Source: Candidatus Zhuqueibacterota bacterium (GTDB taxonomy: Bacteria > Zhuqueibacterota > Zhuqueibacteria > Residuimicrobiales > Krinioviventaceae). From it: a stretch of 64,000 bases of DNA. The DNA lies in assembly GCA_016928775.1 (NCBI GenBank), contig JAFGKD010000043.1, forward strand, positions 1,834 to 65,833. Reading direction: 5' to 3'. A program made the position numbers and the translations under genes. Below, piece by piece: positions 46,656 to 57,091 of the stretch (positions are counted from its first letter, which is position 1; each line of letters begins with the position of its first letter). Below the pieces are notes generated by a model. The model was not told where the DNA came from, searched no databases, and was given only the letters and a program-made list of their open reading frames with translations.

Positions 46656-47927
46656 TCAGCTTAAAGCCTGTTCAATATCAGCGATGATATCATCTACATT
46701 CTCAATGCCGATCGACAATCGAATGAGCTCCGGCTTGAGTCCGGCTTTTATTTGCTGCTGTTCGGAGAGCTGGGAGTGCGTGGTACTGGCGGGATGAATG
46801 GCCAGACTCTTGGCATCGCCCACATTGGCGAGATGCGATATCAGCTTTAAATTATTAATAAATTTCTCACCTGCCGCAGCGCCACCGCGAATGCCGAACA
46901 CCACCATAGCACCAAAGCCGTTGTGCAGGTATTTTTTTGCGATAGCATGCGTGGGATCATGTGCAAGGCCGGGATATCGAACCCAGGCAACGTGCGGATG
47001 ATTTTGTAAATAGGTCGCAACGGCCAATGCATTCGCAGAATGTCTCTGCATGCGCAAAGGCAGCGTCTCAATGCCCTGAAGAAAAAACCAGGCATTATCC
47101 GGTGAAATAGCTGCACCGAGATTGCGCAATGGCACCAGCCGCATGCGCATAATAAACGCAACCGGATTCAGATCACCCAAATCGTGCGCGTAGCGAATCC
47201 CGTGATAGCTCGGATCGGGCTCATTGAAAAGGGCAAATTTTTCATCCGTCCAGTCAAAATTCCCGGCGTCGACCACTATCCCGCCAATCCCGGCACCATG
47301 TCCTCCCAGCCATTTAGTCAGCGAATGAACGATAATATTGGCGCCATATTCAATCGGCCTGAGCAAATAAGGTGTCGTAAAAGTTGAATCGATGATGAGC
47401 GGCAGATGATACTTTTGCGCTACGGTGGCGATGCTCTCAATGTCAGCGACATCCAGCACTGGATTGCCGATGGATTCAATGAAAACGAGCCTGGTCTTTT
47501 CGGTGATAGCCGCTTCGATGCCGGCAGCCGTGGGTGGTGCGAAATTGGTTTTTATGCCAAATTGCGGATGGATCACATCAAACATGGTATAGGTACCGCC
47601 ATACAAATTATTTGCACTGACGATTTCATCCCCGGACTGACAAATATTGATGACACTATAGTGAATACCGGATGTACCCGATGCCACAGCCAGAGCCGCC
47701 ACGCCACCTTCCAGTGCTGCAACGCGTTTTTCCAGCACATCCTGTGTTGGATTCATAATCCGGGTGTAAATGTTGCCCATCTCGCGCAAGGCAAATAAAT
47801 CGGCCGCATGTTTTGTATCGCGAAAAACATAACTGCTGGTTCGATAAACCGGAACACCCCGCGCGTTTGTCGCTGGATCGGGCTGTTGACCGGCATGCAA
47901 CGCCAGCGTTTCGAATTTGTAGCTCAT
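46656..47927 (-). CDS. metY: O-acetylhomoserine/O-acetylserine sulfhydrylase (PLP-dependent, Cys/Met metabolism family)
   Basis: MSYKFETLALHAGQQPDPATNARGVPVYRTSSYVF…IYTRIMNPT… is typical of MetY/MetZ. 423 aa. Confidence 0.85.
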   Translation of the reverse strand: MSYKFETLALHAGQQPDPATNARGVPVYRTSSYVFRDTKHAADLFALREMGNIYTRIMNPTQDVLEKRVAALEGGVAALAVASGTSGIHYSVINICQSGDEIVSANNLYGGTYTMFDVIHPQFGIKTNFAPPTAAGIEAAITEKTRLVFIESIGNPVLDVADIESIATVAQKYHLPLIIDSTFTTPYLLRPIEYGANIIVHSLTKWLGGHGAGIGGIVVDAGNFDWTDEKFALFNEPDPSYHGIRYAHDLGDLNPVAFIMRMRLVPLRNLGAAISPDNAWFFLQGIETLPLRMQRHSANALAVATYLQNHPHVAWVRYPGLAHDPTHAIAKKYLHNGFGAMVVFGIRGGAAAGEKFINNLKLISHLANVGDAKSLAIHPASTTHSQLSEQQQIKAGLKPELIRLSIGIENVDDIIADIEQALS

Positions 47928-48000
47928 CGTGACTCCTTAAGTAGACTGGTTTTCTGATCAGGAAATTAAATGCGTAAACATTGTTCGATATGCTGCGGCC

Positions 48001-48771
48001 TCAAAAGCCGTAAATCGTAAAACCGCCATCCACTGTAATACACTGGCCCGTAATATAGGATGATGCCGGCATACACAAAAAGGCCACAACCGACGCCACT
48101 TCATCAGGTTCCGCAACACGGCCGAGCGGTGTCCTTTTCAGGACTTGCCGGAGATATTTTCGATTTCGCAGAAGGCTTTCGACTAATGGTGTTTTGGTGT
48201 ACCATGGCGCTACGGCATTCACCCGGATCCCCTCACCGGCCCACTCGACGGCCAGATTGCGCGTGAGCTGCAACAATGCCGCTTTACTCATCGCATACGG
48301 CGCACCGGTTCTCAAGTGCGTCATTCCGGCAACTGATAAAATATTGACAACCGCTGCCTGGTGTGAATTTTTCAACAAGGTGTGGCCGCGTTTGCAGATA
48401 TCAAATGCAGAGTGCAGGTTGGTGGTCAAAATCTCATCATACTCTTCAGATGTGTAGTCGATTGCTTTTTTTCGAATGTTCATGCCGACATTGTTGATCA
48501 AAATATCCAGGCGGCCCCAAAGTTTTTCGATCTCTTCAAAAACATCCCGTCTGTCTTCGCGATTCGTGATATCCCCGGCCTGGCCGAAGGCGCGATAGCC
48601 TTCTTCCTGCCAGCTCTCCAAACGTTTTTCCAACAATTCCGGATCGCGCGCCACAATAAAAATAGAACCGCCGCGTTCCAGAACAGCGTTGGCAATAGCA
48701 AAGCCAATTCCCTTCGTACCGCCGGTGATCAAGGCGGTCGTGTCATCGAGCGACCAGCGATTTTTATTCAT
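48001..48771 (-). CDS. SDR-family oxidoreductase
   Basis: [12 protein letters not shown] Rossmann motif, YAMSKAAL active site, NAVAPW. 256 aa. Confidence 0.8.
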   Translation of the reverse strand: MNKNRWSLDDTTALITGGTKGIGFAIANAVLERGGSIFIVARDPELLEKRLESWQEEGYRAFGQAGDITNREDRRDVFEEIEKLWGRLDILINNVGMNIRKKAIDYTSEEYDEILTTNLHSAFDICKRGHTLLKNSHQAAVVNILSVAGMTHLRTGAPYAMSKAALLQLTRNLAVEWAGEGIRVNAVAPWYTKTPLVESLLRNRKYLRQVLKRTPLGRVAEPDEVASVVAFLCMPASSYITGQCITVDGGFTIYGF

Positions 48772-48929
48772 TACGCCCTCATCTCATCTTGATGTATCAA
48801 AGTAAAAAAGATAACAATGAAAACCCGCACTTTTTTCCAATCATTAAAATAAAAGTGCTGGAGGTCGTGTCGGAGGCAAAATTTGACGAGGAGGCAAATT
48901 TGCAAGCATGCTTTTGGAGACGATTGCTT

Positions 48930-49427
48930 TTATGCCGCGATTTTTTGTCCGATCAATTTGTGCAGCGAGGCAGAAAAAGGAAGCTTGATATACTTGGGCA
49001 AGAACTTGTATTCCGTGTGAAAGCCCAGGAATATCCATCGGTGCTCGAGCAGGTTGACCACCGCAGAGATGTCCCATAAAGGTGGAATGAGGATCGTCAC
49101 TTCTTGTCCTACACGTTTGAGCTCTCGGTAAAACGTTGCGGGCTTTTCAAGATGTTCTGCTGTATGAGAACTGAGCACAGATTTAAAAACACCCGCCTTG
49201 AACGGGAGATGGTAAACATCAGCAATGACCATATTGGGCACTTTGGCATGCGCAACGATATCCACATTGATCCCGCCGCCGTCGGTCTCCCCGCAACAGA
49301 CATTCAGATCCCATTTTTGTCGTATGATGATTTTATTCTTCAAATAGGAATAACTAATATAATTGAGAATCCATGAGATGACATAAATTAAAACACATGA
49401 TAAAACGATCCAAAAAAGAACCACCAT
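48930..49427 (-). CDS. Small class I SAM-dependent methyltransferase (Methyltransf_11-like) with an N-terminal membrane helix
   Basis: LNVCCGETDGGGINVDI…ADVYHLPFKAGVFKSVLSSHTAEHLEKP. The N-terminus VVLFWIVLSCVLIYVISWIL is hydrophobic. Confidence 0.5.
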   Translation of the reverse strand: MVVLFWIVLSCVLIYVISWILNYISYSYLKNKIIIRQKWDLNVCCGETDGGGINVDIVAHAKVPNMVIADVYHLPFKAGVFKSVLSSHTAEHLEKPATFYRELKRVGQEVTILIPPLWDISAVVNLLEHRWIFLGFHTEYKFLPKYIKLPFSASLHKLIGQKIAA

Positions 49428-49614
49428 ACTTCACCATCCGTCGATATGCTATTCCACAAAATTAAATTTATATTTACAAATTAAATAAAAGACTAATTTT
49501 ACATAAAGTTTGTGTAAACATTTGAGTTGAATTTATTATCCCAATTCATTTAATTAACCAGGCTGATGCATAGGCCTCTTAACAGTTGAATCGAAAAAAT
49601 CAGGAAAAACAGCA

Positions 49615-51204
49615 ATGAGAAATCTCTTACTTTTCGCGACAACGCTCGCTCTATGTTTGAGCGTTATTACTGCTTCTGCTACAACGTATTATGTCGATCC
49701 AGTGCATGGTGATATCAACAATGTCGGCAACCGGGAACAACCCTGGAGCACCCTGGAACAGGTATTTCGGAGCCGGAAAGCGCTTGCGCCGGGAGACACC
49801 CTCTTTCTGCTCAACGGGCATCACGGCTCTCCGGTTATTCGAGGAGTCAACTCGGATTATATCGTCATCAGTGCCTTGCAAGGTCATGTGCCCGCTTGTC
49901 AAAAAGTCACTTTTAGCGCCGCGGCCAAATGGGAATTTGCTGATGTGACGATCAGTCCTGAAACCGCAGCCAAATATGTCCGAGGAACATTAGTGACTAT
50001 CGACGGTAATGCCACTGATATTAATGTCGAGAACTGCCGATGCTACTCGGTGCTCGATAACTCGCCGTGGTCACGAGATGACTGGGTCGCAAAATCATGC
50101 ACCGGTGCACAAGTGGAAGGGGACCGCAATGTGATCAGAAACTGTTCCTTTCTCAATGTCAAGCATGGCATCCTCGTCGAATCCGCGGCAGAGCATAATC
50201 TCATCGACCGGAACATCATTGAAAATTTTGCTGCCGACGGGATGCGAGGCATCGGCAGTTATAACACCTTCCAATACAACACTGTGAAAAATTGTTACGA
50301 TGTAGATGATAATCATGACGACGGTTTTCAATCGTACAGCTACGGCCCCGACGGTGTTGGCAAGACAACGGTTCGAGGAGTCGTTTTACGCGGCAATACG
50401 ATCATCAACTATGACGATTCCAGGCAAAAATTTCGCGGCACCCTGCAGGGGATCGGCTGCTTTGACGGCATGTATGAAGACTGGATAATTGAAAACAATG
50501 TCATCATCACAGATCATTGGCATGGAATTTCACTCTATGGAGCACATAATTGCAAGATCGTCAATAACACGGTTATCGATCAAAATGACATGTCGCCCGG
50601 GCCACCGTGGATAAAAATCACTGCGCACAAGAACGGCACAAATAGCACGGAGAACATCATCCGAAACAACCTGACGACCAGTCTGTCGAATGATGCTAAC
50701 ATCGGTACAGTCGATCATAATATGAGCCTCAGCTACACCAGTTACGGGACTTTTTTTGTCGATTTTAGCCGTTTTGATCTCAGCTTGCGAAAAGGCTGCC
50801 GTGCAATTGACCGTGGAACAGAGCAGGATGCGCCAACAATCGATATTCTGGGTACCAGTCGCCCGCAAGGCGATGGCTATGACATCGGCGCGTACGAGTA
50901 TGTCGAGTCAAGTGCAGCATTGAACAATCCGGCACATCGCCCGGTTTCTTTTCGGATGGATAACCATCCAAATCCATTCAACCCGACAACCACGATCACC
51001 TATTCACTCCCCCACAGCGAGCATGTCGTTCTGAATGTCTATAATGTGCTCGGTTGCCTCATTCAGGAGCTGGTCAATGAGCGCCAGCGTGCAGGCGACT
51101 ATGCCATCACATTCGACGGTGCAAATTTGTCGAGCGGTGTATTCCTCTGCAGACTGACAACAGATTCACAATCCTGGAGCAAACGAATGCTATTGCTCAA
51201 ATAA
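49615..51204 (+). CDS. Secreted right-handed parallel beta-helix (pectate-lyase-fold) protein with a T9SS C-terminal sorting domain
   Basis: Signal peptide, then repeated N..I.NN/NCxF beta-helix turns (IRNCSFLNVKHGILVE, IIENNVIITDHWHGISL, IVNNTVID). CTD DNHPNPFNPTTTITYSL…VVLNVYNVLGCLIQEL. Confidence 0.7.
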   Translation: MRNLLLFATTLALCLSVITASATTYYVDPVHGDINNVGNREQPWSTLEQVFRSRKALAPGDTLFLLNGHHGSPVIRGVNSDYIVISALQGHVPACQKVTFSAAAKWEFADVTISPETAAKYVRGTLVTIDGNATDINVENCRCYSVLDNSPWSRDDWVAKSCTGAQVEGDRNVIRNCSFLNVKHGILVESAAEHNLIDRNIIENFAADGMRGIGSYNTFQYNTVKNCYDVDDNHDDGFQSYSYGPDGVGKTTVRGVVLRGNTIINYDDSRQKFRGTLQGIGCFDGMYEDWIIENNVIITDHWHGISLYGAHNCKIVNNTVIDQNDMSPGPPWIKITAHKNGTNSTENIIRNNLTTSLSNDANIGTVDHNMSLSYTSYGTFFVDFSRFDLSLRKGCRAIDRGTEQDAPTIDILGTSRPQGDGYDIGAYEYVESSAALNNPAHRPVSFRMDNHPNPFNPTTTITYSLPHSEHVVLNVYNVLGCLIQELVNERQRAGDYAITFDGANLSSGVFLCRLTTDSQSWSKRMLLLK

Positions 51205-51289
51205 TTTACAAGCTGCGATATGCCAGGGACTTATTTTCCAGCGATTCTGGAGTCCAGGAGATAACAAAAAATCAAAATGAGGACGATTT

Positions 51290-53512
51290 ATGAAAGTCAT
51301 GACTATTCTGATTATATTTGCATTAATTCTGTGCGTCACGGAAGCTGGATCACAGACAAATCTTGAAGAATTAAAATCCTGGTTCCCCTTTTCGCCGCAA
51401 TATAAAACAGCTGCAAGCCTGCTCGGCATGGCTGACTGGCTGGATGCACCGGCGGGCAAACATGGTTTTTTGCAAATAAAAAATGAAAAGCTGCTTTTTG
51501 AAGATGGCACGCTAACTAAATTGTGGGGGACCAACATCTGCAGCCGTCTCCCCTACGTTGATGCGGCCACTGCGGACAGCTTTGTCAATTTCACCAGTCA
51601 ATACGGTATCAACGCGATACGATTTCACAAGTTCACCCGGGCGGCTTATCGCGGTGATGTCTCCACGGAGTTGGACTCGACAAAATTTAGACGGTTCGAT
51701 TATTTTCAAGCCAAATTGCGCGAGAAAGGCATCTACTATGGCTGGTCGCATATTTATGGTCATCGCGTGCTGCCAGGCGACAGCAGCAGATTGTTAGCCT
51801 ATTCGGAGATAAAAAATCTCAGCTACCCGTGGGCGCATCTGAACGGTTCAACCTCGAGTCTGGTTAATTTCGCGCCCGATCTGCAGGAATTGAGTATTGA
51901 GCTGACGGTCAACATGCTGAATCACGTCAATCCTTACACGGACCTCCGCTATGCCGAAGATCCGGCATTGGCTTTTATTGAGTTTCAAAATGAAGATAAC
52001 ATTTTCTGGAGCGCGATAACCAAATCGCTGGAACAGGCGCCAACGTATCGCGCGTTGCTCTGCAAACAGTTCTCGGAATGGCTGCAAAACAAATATGGCA
52101 GTCAAGCCGAACTCGAAAAAGCGTGGGGTGCGGATAATATCACAGCGGGCGAAAGCCTGGACAATTTGAATATATTCCCCGATCCCAACCATGGCTTGTT
52201 TAGCTGGGAGTATGAAACGTCGTTGCGAGAAAAACGTCCCATGGCGCAGCACATTCTCGATAAAATGCGCTTTCTCTACGAAACCCAGCTGACTTTTTAC
52301 AGAAAATTTGAAAAGGCCATTCGTGATACCGGCTACCGAGGCGTTTTGGTCGGCTCGTGCTGGCAGGCGGGTTCAGGGCCGGCGCATTTTTATAACGTGC
52401 ACACCGATTATTTGGTCGGCATGATCGACCGGCATAACTATTTTGGCGGTGGCGCCGGCGGTCACTCTTTGGCTGAAGGAGAGGTTCACAATCACGCCAT
52501 GATTGCGCAGCCGGGCTCGGGATTGTTAAGTACTGGTACTCAACAAATCGTTGACCGACCATTTTCCTTTTCAGAATGGATGAGTCTGGTGCCCAACGAA
52601 TGGACTGCTGAAGCGGCACCGCTCATCGCTATTTACGGCATGGGATTGCAGGGCTGGGATGCCTCCTTCTCTTTTGCGACCGACATCCCCAGATTCTCAC
52701 GATTTCTCGAATCCGAGCGACATGGCGTGTATAATGCCACCAGCCCGTTGCACATGGGACTCTATCCGGCGCTCGCCCGTTTGGTTTATCGCGGAGATGT
52801 GGCAGAAAGCCCGGTTCTGGCCACCAAAAAGGTTCACCTGCCTTCTCTGACCGATGGCACGCTCGGCTTTACGGAGCGGGTCAAGCAAGGATATGATATC
52901 AAAGAATTTTCCGGAACAATTCCACCCGAAACAATCGCTATCGGCCGGTTTCCGGTTCAATTTGCCGAGACGTTTCAGGAGACAATTATCCCCGATCTTG
53001 ATCTTTATTGGGATAAGGAAAGAAAAATCATCAGCTCGGCCACTAACGAATTAACCTGGATGTATGGTGATAAAAAATATGTCACCGTCAATACGACAGC
53101 AAGCAAGTGCATCATCGGTTTTTCCGGCGGGGAAAATATAAAGCTGGGGGATTGGCAGATAAAATGTGAAAACCGATTCGTCGTTTTTCTGATGACCGAT
53201 CTGGCGCGAGAAGGAGATTTACAAACTGCGGATCAAATATTGATCACCGCCGTCGCCAGAGGTCGCAATACCGGTATGGTCTACGAATATACCGATGATC
53301 AAACACTCCTGACCGCAAAAGGCACACATCCGCTGCTGCTCGAGCCGGTCAAGGCGTCCATCACTGCTATGACGCCCGCTCCATTTGATGTTTATGTGCT
53401 TGATCACGACGGCGTCAAAACAAATCAAAGTGTTCCGGTTCAGAATGGAGTATTTGTTATTGAAGGCGAAAAATACAAAACGATCTATTATCTCGTGGAC
53501 AGGAAAAATTAA
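51290..53512 (+). CDS. Secreted putative glycoside hydrolase (TIM-barrel, clan GH-A-like)
   Basis: Signal peptide. …GINAIRFHKF…, …FIEFQNEDNIFW (NE acid/base-like), 740 aa. The family is not resolved. Confidence 0.4.
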   Translation: MKVMTILIIFALILCVTEAGSQTNLEELKSWFPFSPQYKTAASLLGMADWLDAPAGKHGFLQIKNEKLLFEDGTLTKLWGTNICSRLPYVDAATADSFVNFTSQYGINAIRFHKFTRAAYRGDVSTELDSTKFRRFDYFQAKLREKGIYYGWSHIYGHRVLPGDSSRLLAYSEIKNLSYPWAHLNGSTSSLVNFAPDLQELSIELTVNMLNHVNPYTDLRYAEDPALAFIEFQNEDNIFWSAITKSLEQAPTYRALLCKQFSEWLQNKYGSQAELEKAWGADNITAGESLDNLNIFPDPNHGLFSWEYETSLREKRPMAQHILDKMRFLYETQLTFYRKFEKAIRDTGYRGVLVGSCWQAGSGPAHFYNVHTDYLVGMIDRHNYFGGGAGGHSLAEGEVHNHAMIAQPGSGLLSTGTQQIVDRPFSFSEWMSLVPNEWTAEAAPLIAIYGMGLQGWDASFSFATDIPRFSRFLESERHGVYNATSPLHMGLYPALARLVYRGDVAESPVLATKKVHLPSLTDGTLGFTERVKQGYDIKEFSGTIPPETIAIGRFPVQFAETFQETIIPDLDLYWDKERKIISSATNELTWMYGDKKYVTVNTTASKCIIGFSGGENIKLGDWQIKCENRFVVFLMTDLAREGDLQTADQILITAVARGRNTGMVYEYTDDQTLLTAKGTHPLLLEPVKASITAMTPAPFDVYVLDHDGVKTNQSVPVQNGVFVIEGEKYKTIYYLVDRKN

Positions 53513-53542
53513 AAAAAAGGCCTATTTATTGGCCACGGATTG

Positions 53543-54019
53543 TCATGCTGAAGGTGCCCGCTGCCAGGTCCAAAACTGCCGCTTTATTCCCCATGTGATA
53601 TACAAAATAATCAATAGTCCAACCGGGCTAAAAGCCGCTGCAACACTCCAGTACTCTAGCGCGTGGAATGGCCAGGCACCACTTGACACCGTCCCGTATG
53701 TATATATGATCGCCGAATAAAGTGATATGGATAATGTCACAACTCCCAATGGACGCCACCACCAAAATTGCGCAAAATAGGCGTAAACCAGAAACAAGAC
53801 CAGGCCGACGTTCACCGCATCAACAACACCAGTGACCAATAAAAAGTGAATAGTCTGGTCTTGCCAGCCCGCGGGTGGTGGAGAAGCCGGAAATCCAGGA
53901 GAGCTAAATTGAGCATAGTTCGATGCGGCACGAGCCAGTACATACAAATGCGTTAATTGGATCAGCCCATAGTAGCCCATGAGCACTTTTGCCAGGATGT
54001 GATATGGATTTTTTATCAA
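53543..54019 (-). CDS. Hypothetical integral membrane protein (158 aa, 4 predicted helices)
   Basis: Complete ORF with hydrophobic segments and Trp-rich loops. Confidence 0.4.
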   Translation of the reverse strand: MIKNPYHILAKVLMGYYGLIQLTHLYVLARAASNYAQFSSPGFPASPPPAGWQDQTIHFLLVTGVVDAVNVGLVLFLVYAYFAQFWWWRPLGVVTLSISLYSAIIYTYGTVSSGAWPFHALEYWSVAAAFSPVGLLIILYITWGIKRQFWTWQRAPSA

Positions 54020-54065
54020 TTTAATAGCCTCCCATATGTTGCCTGCGGCATCCTTTGGTAGCAGA

Positions 54066-54971
54066 TTACAGAGAAAATTTTACGCCACTCAGCTCTTCCG
54101 ATATCGACCACAAACGCGCCGCGATATCTTTGTCATGCGACAGCTCGTTGGAGTGCACTTTTTTCGGATAACCACGCGCCTCCATAAAACCACCCGGACC
54201 AAAATAATCGGCACCTTTGGCAGGACCGACCGCTGCCATCAACGTTGGCAGTGCGCCCATGTCCATTTTTTGGCCAAAAATGGGATTAAAAAAGCGGAAC
54301 AGTCCGGCGTGCCGTTGCAAATTGGTTGCGGTCCAGCCGGGATGCGCGGCGGTGGCAATTGTATGTGCCCCGGCCGCTGTCAGTTTGCGCTGCAGTTCAT
54401 AGGTAAAATAAAGATTGGCAATTTTGCTCTGACCATATGCACGCACTTTGTCATATTTCTGTTCGCTGTTGAGGTCGTCAAAATTGACTTGACCCCAATT
54501 ATGCGCCGAACTGCTGACAGTCACCACTCGCGAGTTGTTTGTCTGCAAAATCCGATCGATCAACAGCCCAGTCAGCGCAAAATGCCCGAGATGATTAATG
54601 CCGAACTGCAGCTCAAAGCCATCTTCGGTTAGACCATACGGCGGCATCATCACGCCGGCGTTATTGATGAGCACATCGAGACGATCATAGTGGGTTTTAA
54701 ACTGCCCGGCAAAGGTCCGAACAGATGCCAGGCTGGCCAAATCCAGTGACATAAAGCGGGCATTCGATGTGCCGTTTTTTGCATTGATCGTGTCCACCGC
54801 CGCTTCTCCTTTTTGCGCATTTCGGCTCGCGACAATAACCGTGGCGTTTTTTGCCGCCAATGCTTTGGCTGTCTCATAACCGATTCCGCTATTGGCACCG
54901 GTGACAATGACGAGACGTCCGGTTTGATCCGGAATATTACTGTTGGTCCATTTACGTTTTGACATAGTCAT
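54066..54971 (-). CDS. SDR-family oxidoreductase (retinol-dehydrogenase-like)
   Basis: VTGANSGIGYETAKALAAKNATVIVASRN, NNAGVM, YGQSKIAN active site. 301 aa. Confidence 0.8.
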   Translation of the reverse strand: MTMSKRKWTNSNIPDQTGRLVIVTGANSGIGYETAKALAAKNATVIVASRNAQKGEAAVDTINAKNGTSNARFMSLDLASLASVRTFAGQFKTHYDRLDVLINNAGVMMPPYGLTEDGFELQFGINHLGHFALTGLLIDRILQTNNSRVVTVSSSAHNWGQVNFDDLNSEQKYDKVRAYGQSKIANLYFTYELQRKLTAAGAHTIATAAHPGWTATNLQRHAGLFRFFNPIFGQKMDMGALPTLMAAVGPAKGADYFGPGGFMEARGYPKKVHSNELSHDKDIAARLWSISEELSGVKFSL

Positions 54972-55160
54972 ACCTTAAATTTCTTCGATTCGTTTGAAAC
55001 CTCTTTTCTTGTCACAGAAACCGACTGACTGGTTCCTTTAATTTGCTTAACTCGAACCAACAGGATGAGAATAATATTCCGATCCTGTCAACAATTCTGA
55101 AATTTTCTCGAAAAAGCTGTATATTATCTCGCACTATTCAAGCTTGAAAAAAGAGGTGAG

Positions 55161-56996
55161 GTGATGAAATATCTGGTTGTTGCTATTTTTGTCATGTGCA
55201 TATCCGCATCTTTGGCTGACGCCCCGATTCCGATCCGCATCGATGTATCCACCACCTATCAGACCATCGATCACTTTGGCGCTTCGGATTGCTGGTCGTT
55301 TCAAAAAATTGGCGCGTGGGATATAGAAAACAAGGAGCGCGTGGCTGATCTGCTCTTTTCTCCTGAAAAAGGAATCGGTGTTTCCGCCTGGCGTTTCAAT
55401 ATCGGCGGGGGCATCAATCGACAAACAATCAGTCATCCATGGAGAACTGTGGAGACGTTCGAAGTTGCGGAGGGTGTCTATGACTGGTCACGCCAGGCCG
55501 AAGAACGCTGGTTTTTGCACGCCGCCAAAGAGCGCGGCGTAAAGCAATTTATTGCTTTTGTTAATAGCCCTCCGGGCCGCATGACGCGCAATGGCTACAC
55601 CAATTGTACGGAAGGACTCGGCAGCACAAATCTGAAACCCGGATATGAGGATCAATTTGTCCGTTATGTGGTCGATATTTTAAAATTTTTTCGCGATCAG
55701 GAGGGGATAACATTCAATTATATCAGTCCGGTGAATGAGCCACAATGGGAGTGGAACAACAGCAATCAGGAGGGCAATCGCGCCGGCAACGATGATATAA
55801 TCGCTATTGTCAAAGCCCTGCATGCGGAGCTGCAGCGCCAAAAAGTGGATACCGAGATATCGATCGTCGAAAGCGGCGATATCAAAAGCTGGCACCAGTT
55901 GAATTCAGGCATGACAGCCAAATACGGGGTAAAATATGGCAACTATTTGCAGGAGCTCATCGATAATCCCGCCATATCGGATAAAATCAGCACACATTTT
56001 GCCGGGCATTCCTATTGGTCGGATCGGCTGGACGGCCAGATGGTCGAACACCGGCTCACAGCACGGCCATTTTTCTCCGACTATTTCGCGCAGGGTTGGA
56101 CATACTGGATGACCGAATATTGTATTTTAGACGGACCCGAAGGCGCCGGTGGCAACGGCCGCGACGTGACGATAAAATCTGCGCTGGATGTCGCTCGAAT
56201 CATTCACTACGATCTCACCCATCTCGACGCTTCCGCCTGGAGCTGGTGGACGGCGGTATCACCGGAAAACTATAAAGACGGCTTGATCTACACCAATTAT
56301 AAAAGCAATCCCGCCTCACAGTCCATTATCGAATCAAAAATATTATGGGCATACGGCAATTTTAGTCGGTATATTCGTCCGGGATCGGTGCGGATTAAAC
56401 TCACCGGCGCGAACAATAAATACGGCCTTTTGGGATCAGCCTATGTGAATGAGACCGGCGATCGACTTTTTCTTATTTTTGTCAATGTTGCAGAAAAAGA
56501 TATTCCAGTGACACTTCAACTGTCCGGCCTTGCCCCTGAATATGTTGTCAGGACACTCACACCCTACATCACATCCAATAAAAATGATGAAAACCTAAAG
56601 CCATATCCACCCATCAATCCGGCTGACACCTACACCGTGCCGGCTCGTTCCGTCATGACCCTTGTTGGAGACATTCAAAACAATACTCAAATCAACTCAG
56701 GGCAGGCTATCCAGCCTCGCACAGTCAGATGGGTAAAGAACTATCCCAATCCCTTCAATAATAAAACAAGGATCGATTTCGCGCTTGACAAGCCAGCGGA
56801 TATAGAATTGAGCATTTACAACAACATGGGCCAAAAAGTGAAAACGCTTTCGTCGGGCTCGCAAATGGCGGGATCTTGCAGTGTGGACTGGGATGCGACC
56901 GATGCTTTTGGCAGAGTGATCAGCAGCGGTGTCTATTTTTGTGTATTGGCATCAACAGAAGGAGAAAAAACCATCAAGCTGCTGGTGCTGCAGTGA
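55161..56996 (+). CDS. Glycoside hydrolase family 30 with a T9SS C-terminal sorting domain
   Basis: YQTIDHFGASDCWS, ISPVNEPQWEW (NEP acid/base), signal peptide. CTD KNYPNPFNNKTRIDFAL…IELSIYNNMGQKVKTL. Confidence 0.75.
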   Translation: MMKYLVVAIFVMCISASLADAPIPIRIDVSTTYQTIDHFGASDCWSFQKIGAWDIENKERVADLLFSPEKGIGVSAWRFNIGGGINRQTISHPWRTVETFEVAEGVYDWSRQAEERWFLHAAKERGVKQFIAFVNSPPGRMTRNGYTNCTEGLGSTNLKPGYEDQFVRYVVDILKFFRDQEGITFNYISPVNEPQWEWNNSNQEGNRAGNDDIIAIVKALHAELQRQKVDTEISIVESGDIKSWHQLNSGMTAKYGVKYGNYLQELIDNPAISDKISTHFAGHSYWSDRLDGQMVEHRLTARPFFSDYFAQGWTYWMTEYCILDGPEGAGGNGRDVTIKSALDVARIIHYDLTHLDASAWSWWTAVSPENYKDGLIYTNYKSNPASQSIIESKILWAYGNFSRYIRPGSVRIKLTGANNKYGLLGSAYVNETGDRLFLIFVNVAEKDIPVTLQLSGLAPEYVVRTLTPYITSNKNDENLKPYPPINPADTYTVPARSVMTLVGDIQNNTQINSGQAIQPRTVRWVKNYPNPFNNKTRIDFALDKPADIELSIYNNMGQKVKTLSSGSQMAGSCSVDWDATDAFGRVISSGVYFCVLASTEGEKTIKLLVLQ

Positions 56997-57035
56997 CCCC
57001 AGGCAAGCGCTCGCGCTGAAAGTCCCTAGCACCCC

Positions 57036-57075
57036 AATAAAAAAGCCGCTTCGATATTGTCGAAGCGGCTTGATT
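57036..57075. terminator. Bidirectional intrinsic terminator between convergent genes
   Basis: aaaaAAGCCGCTTCGAtattGTCGAAGCGGCTTgatt: a 12-bp stem flanked by an A-tract and a T-rich tract. Confidence 0.7.
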
Positions 57076-57091
57076 ACATCAACTGGCAGGT

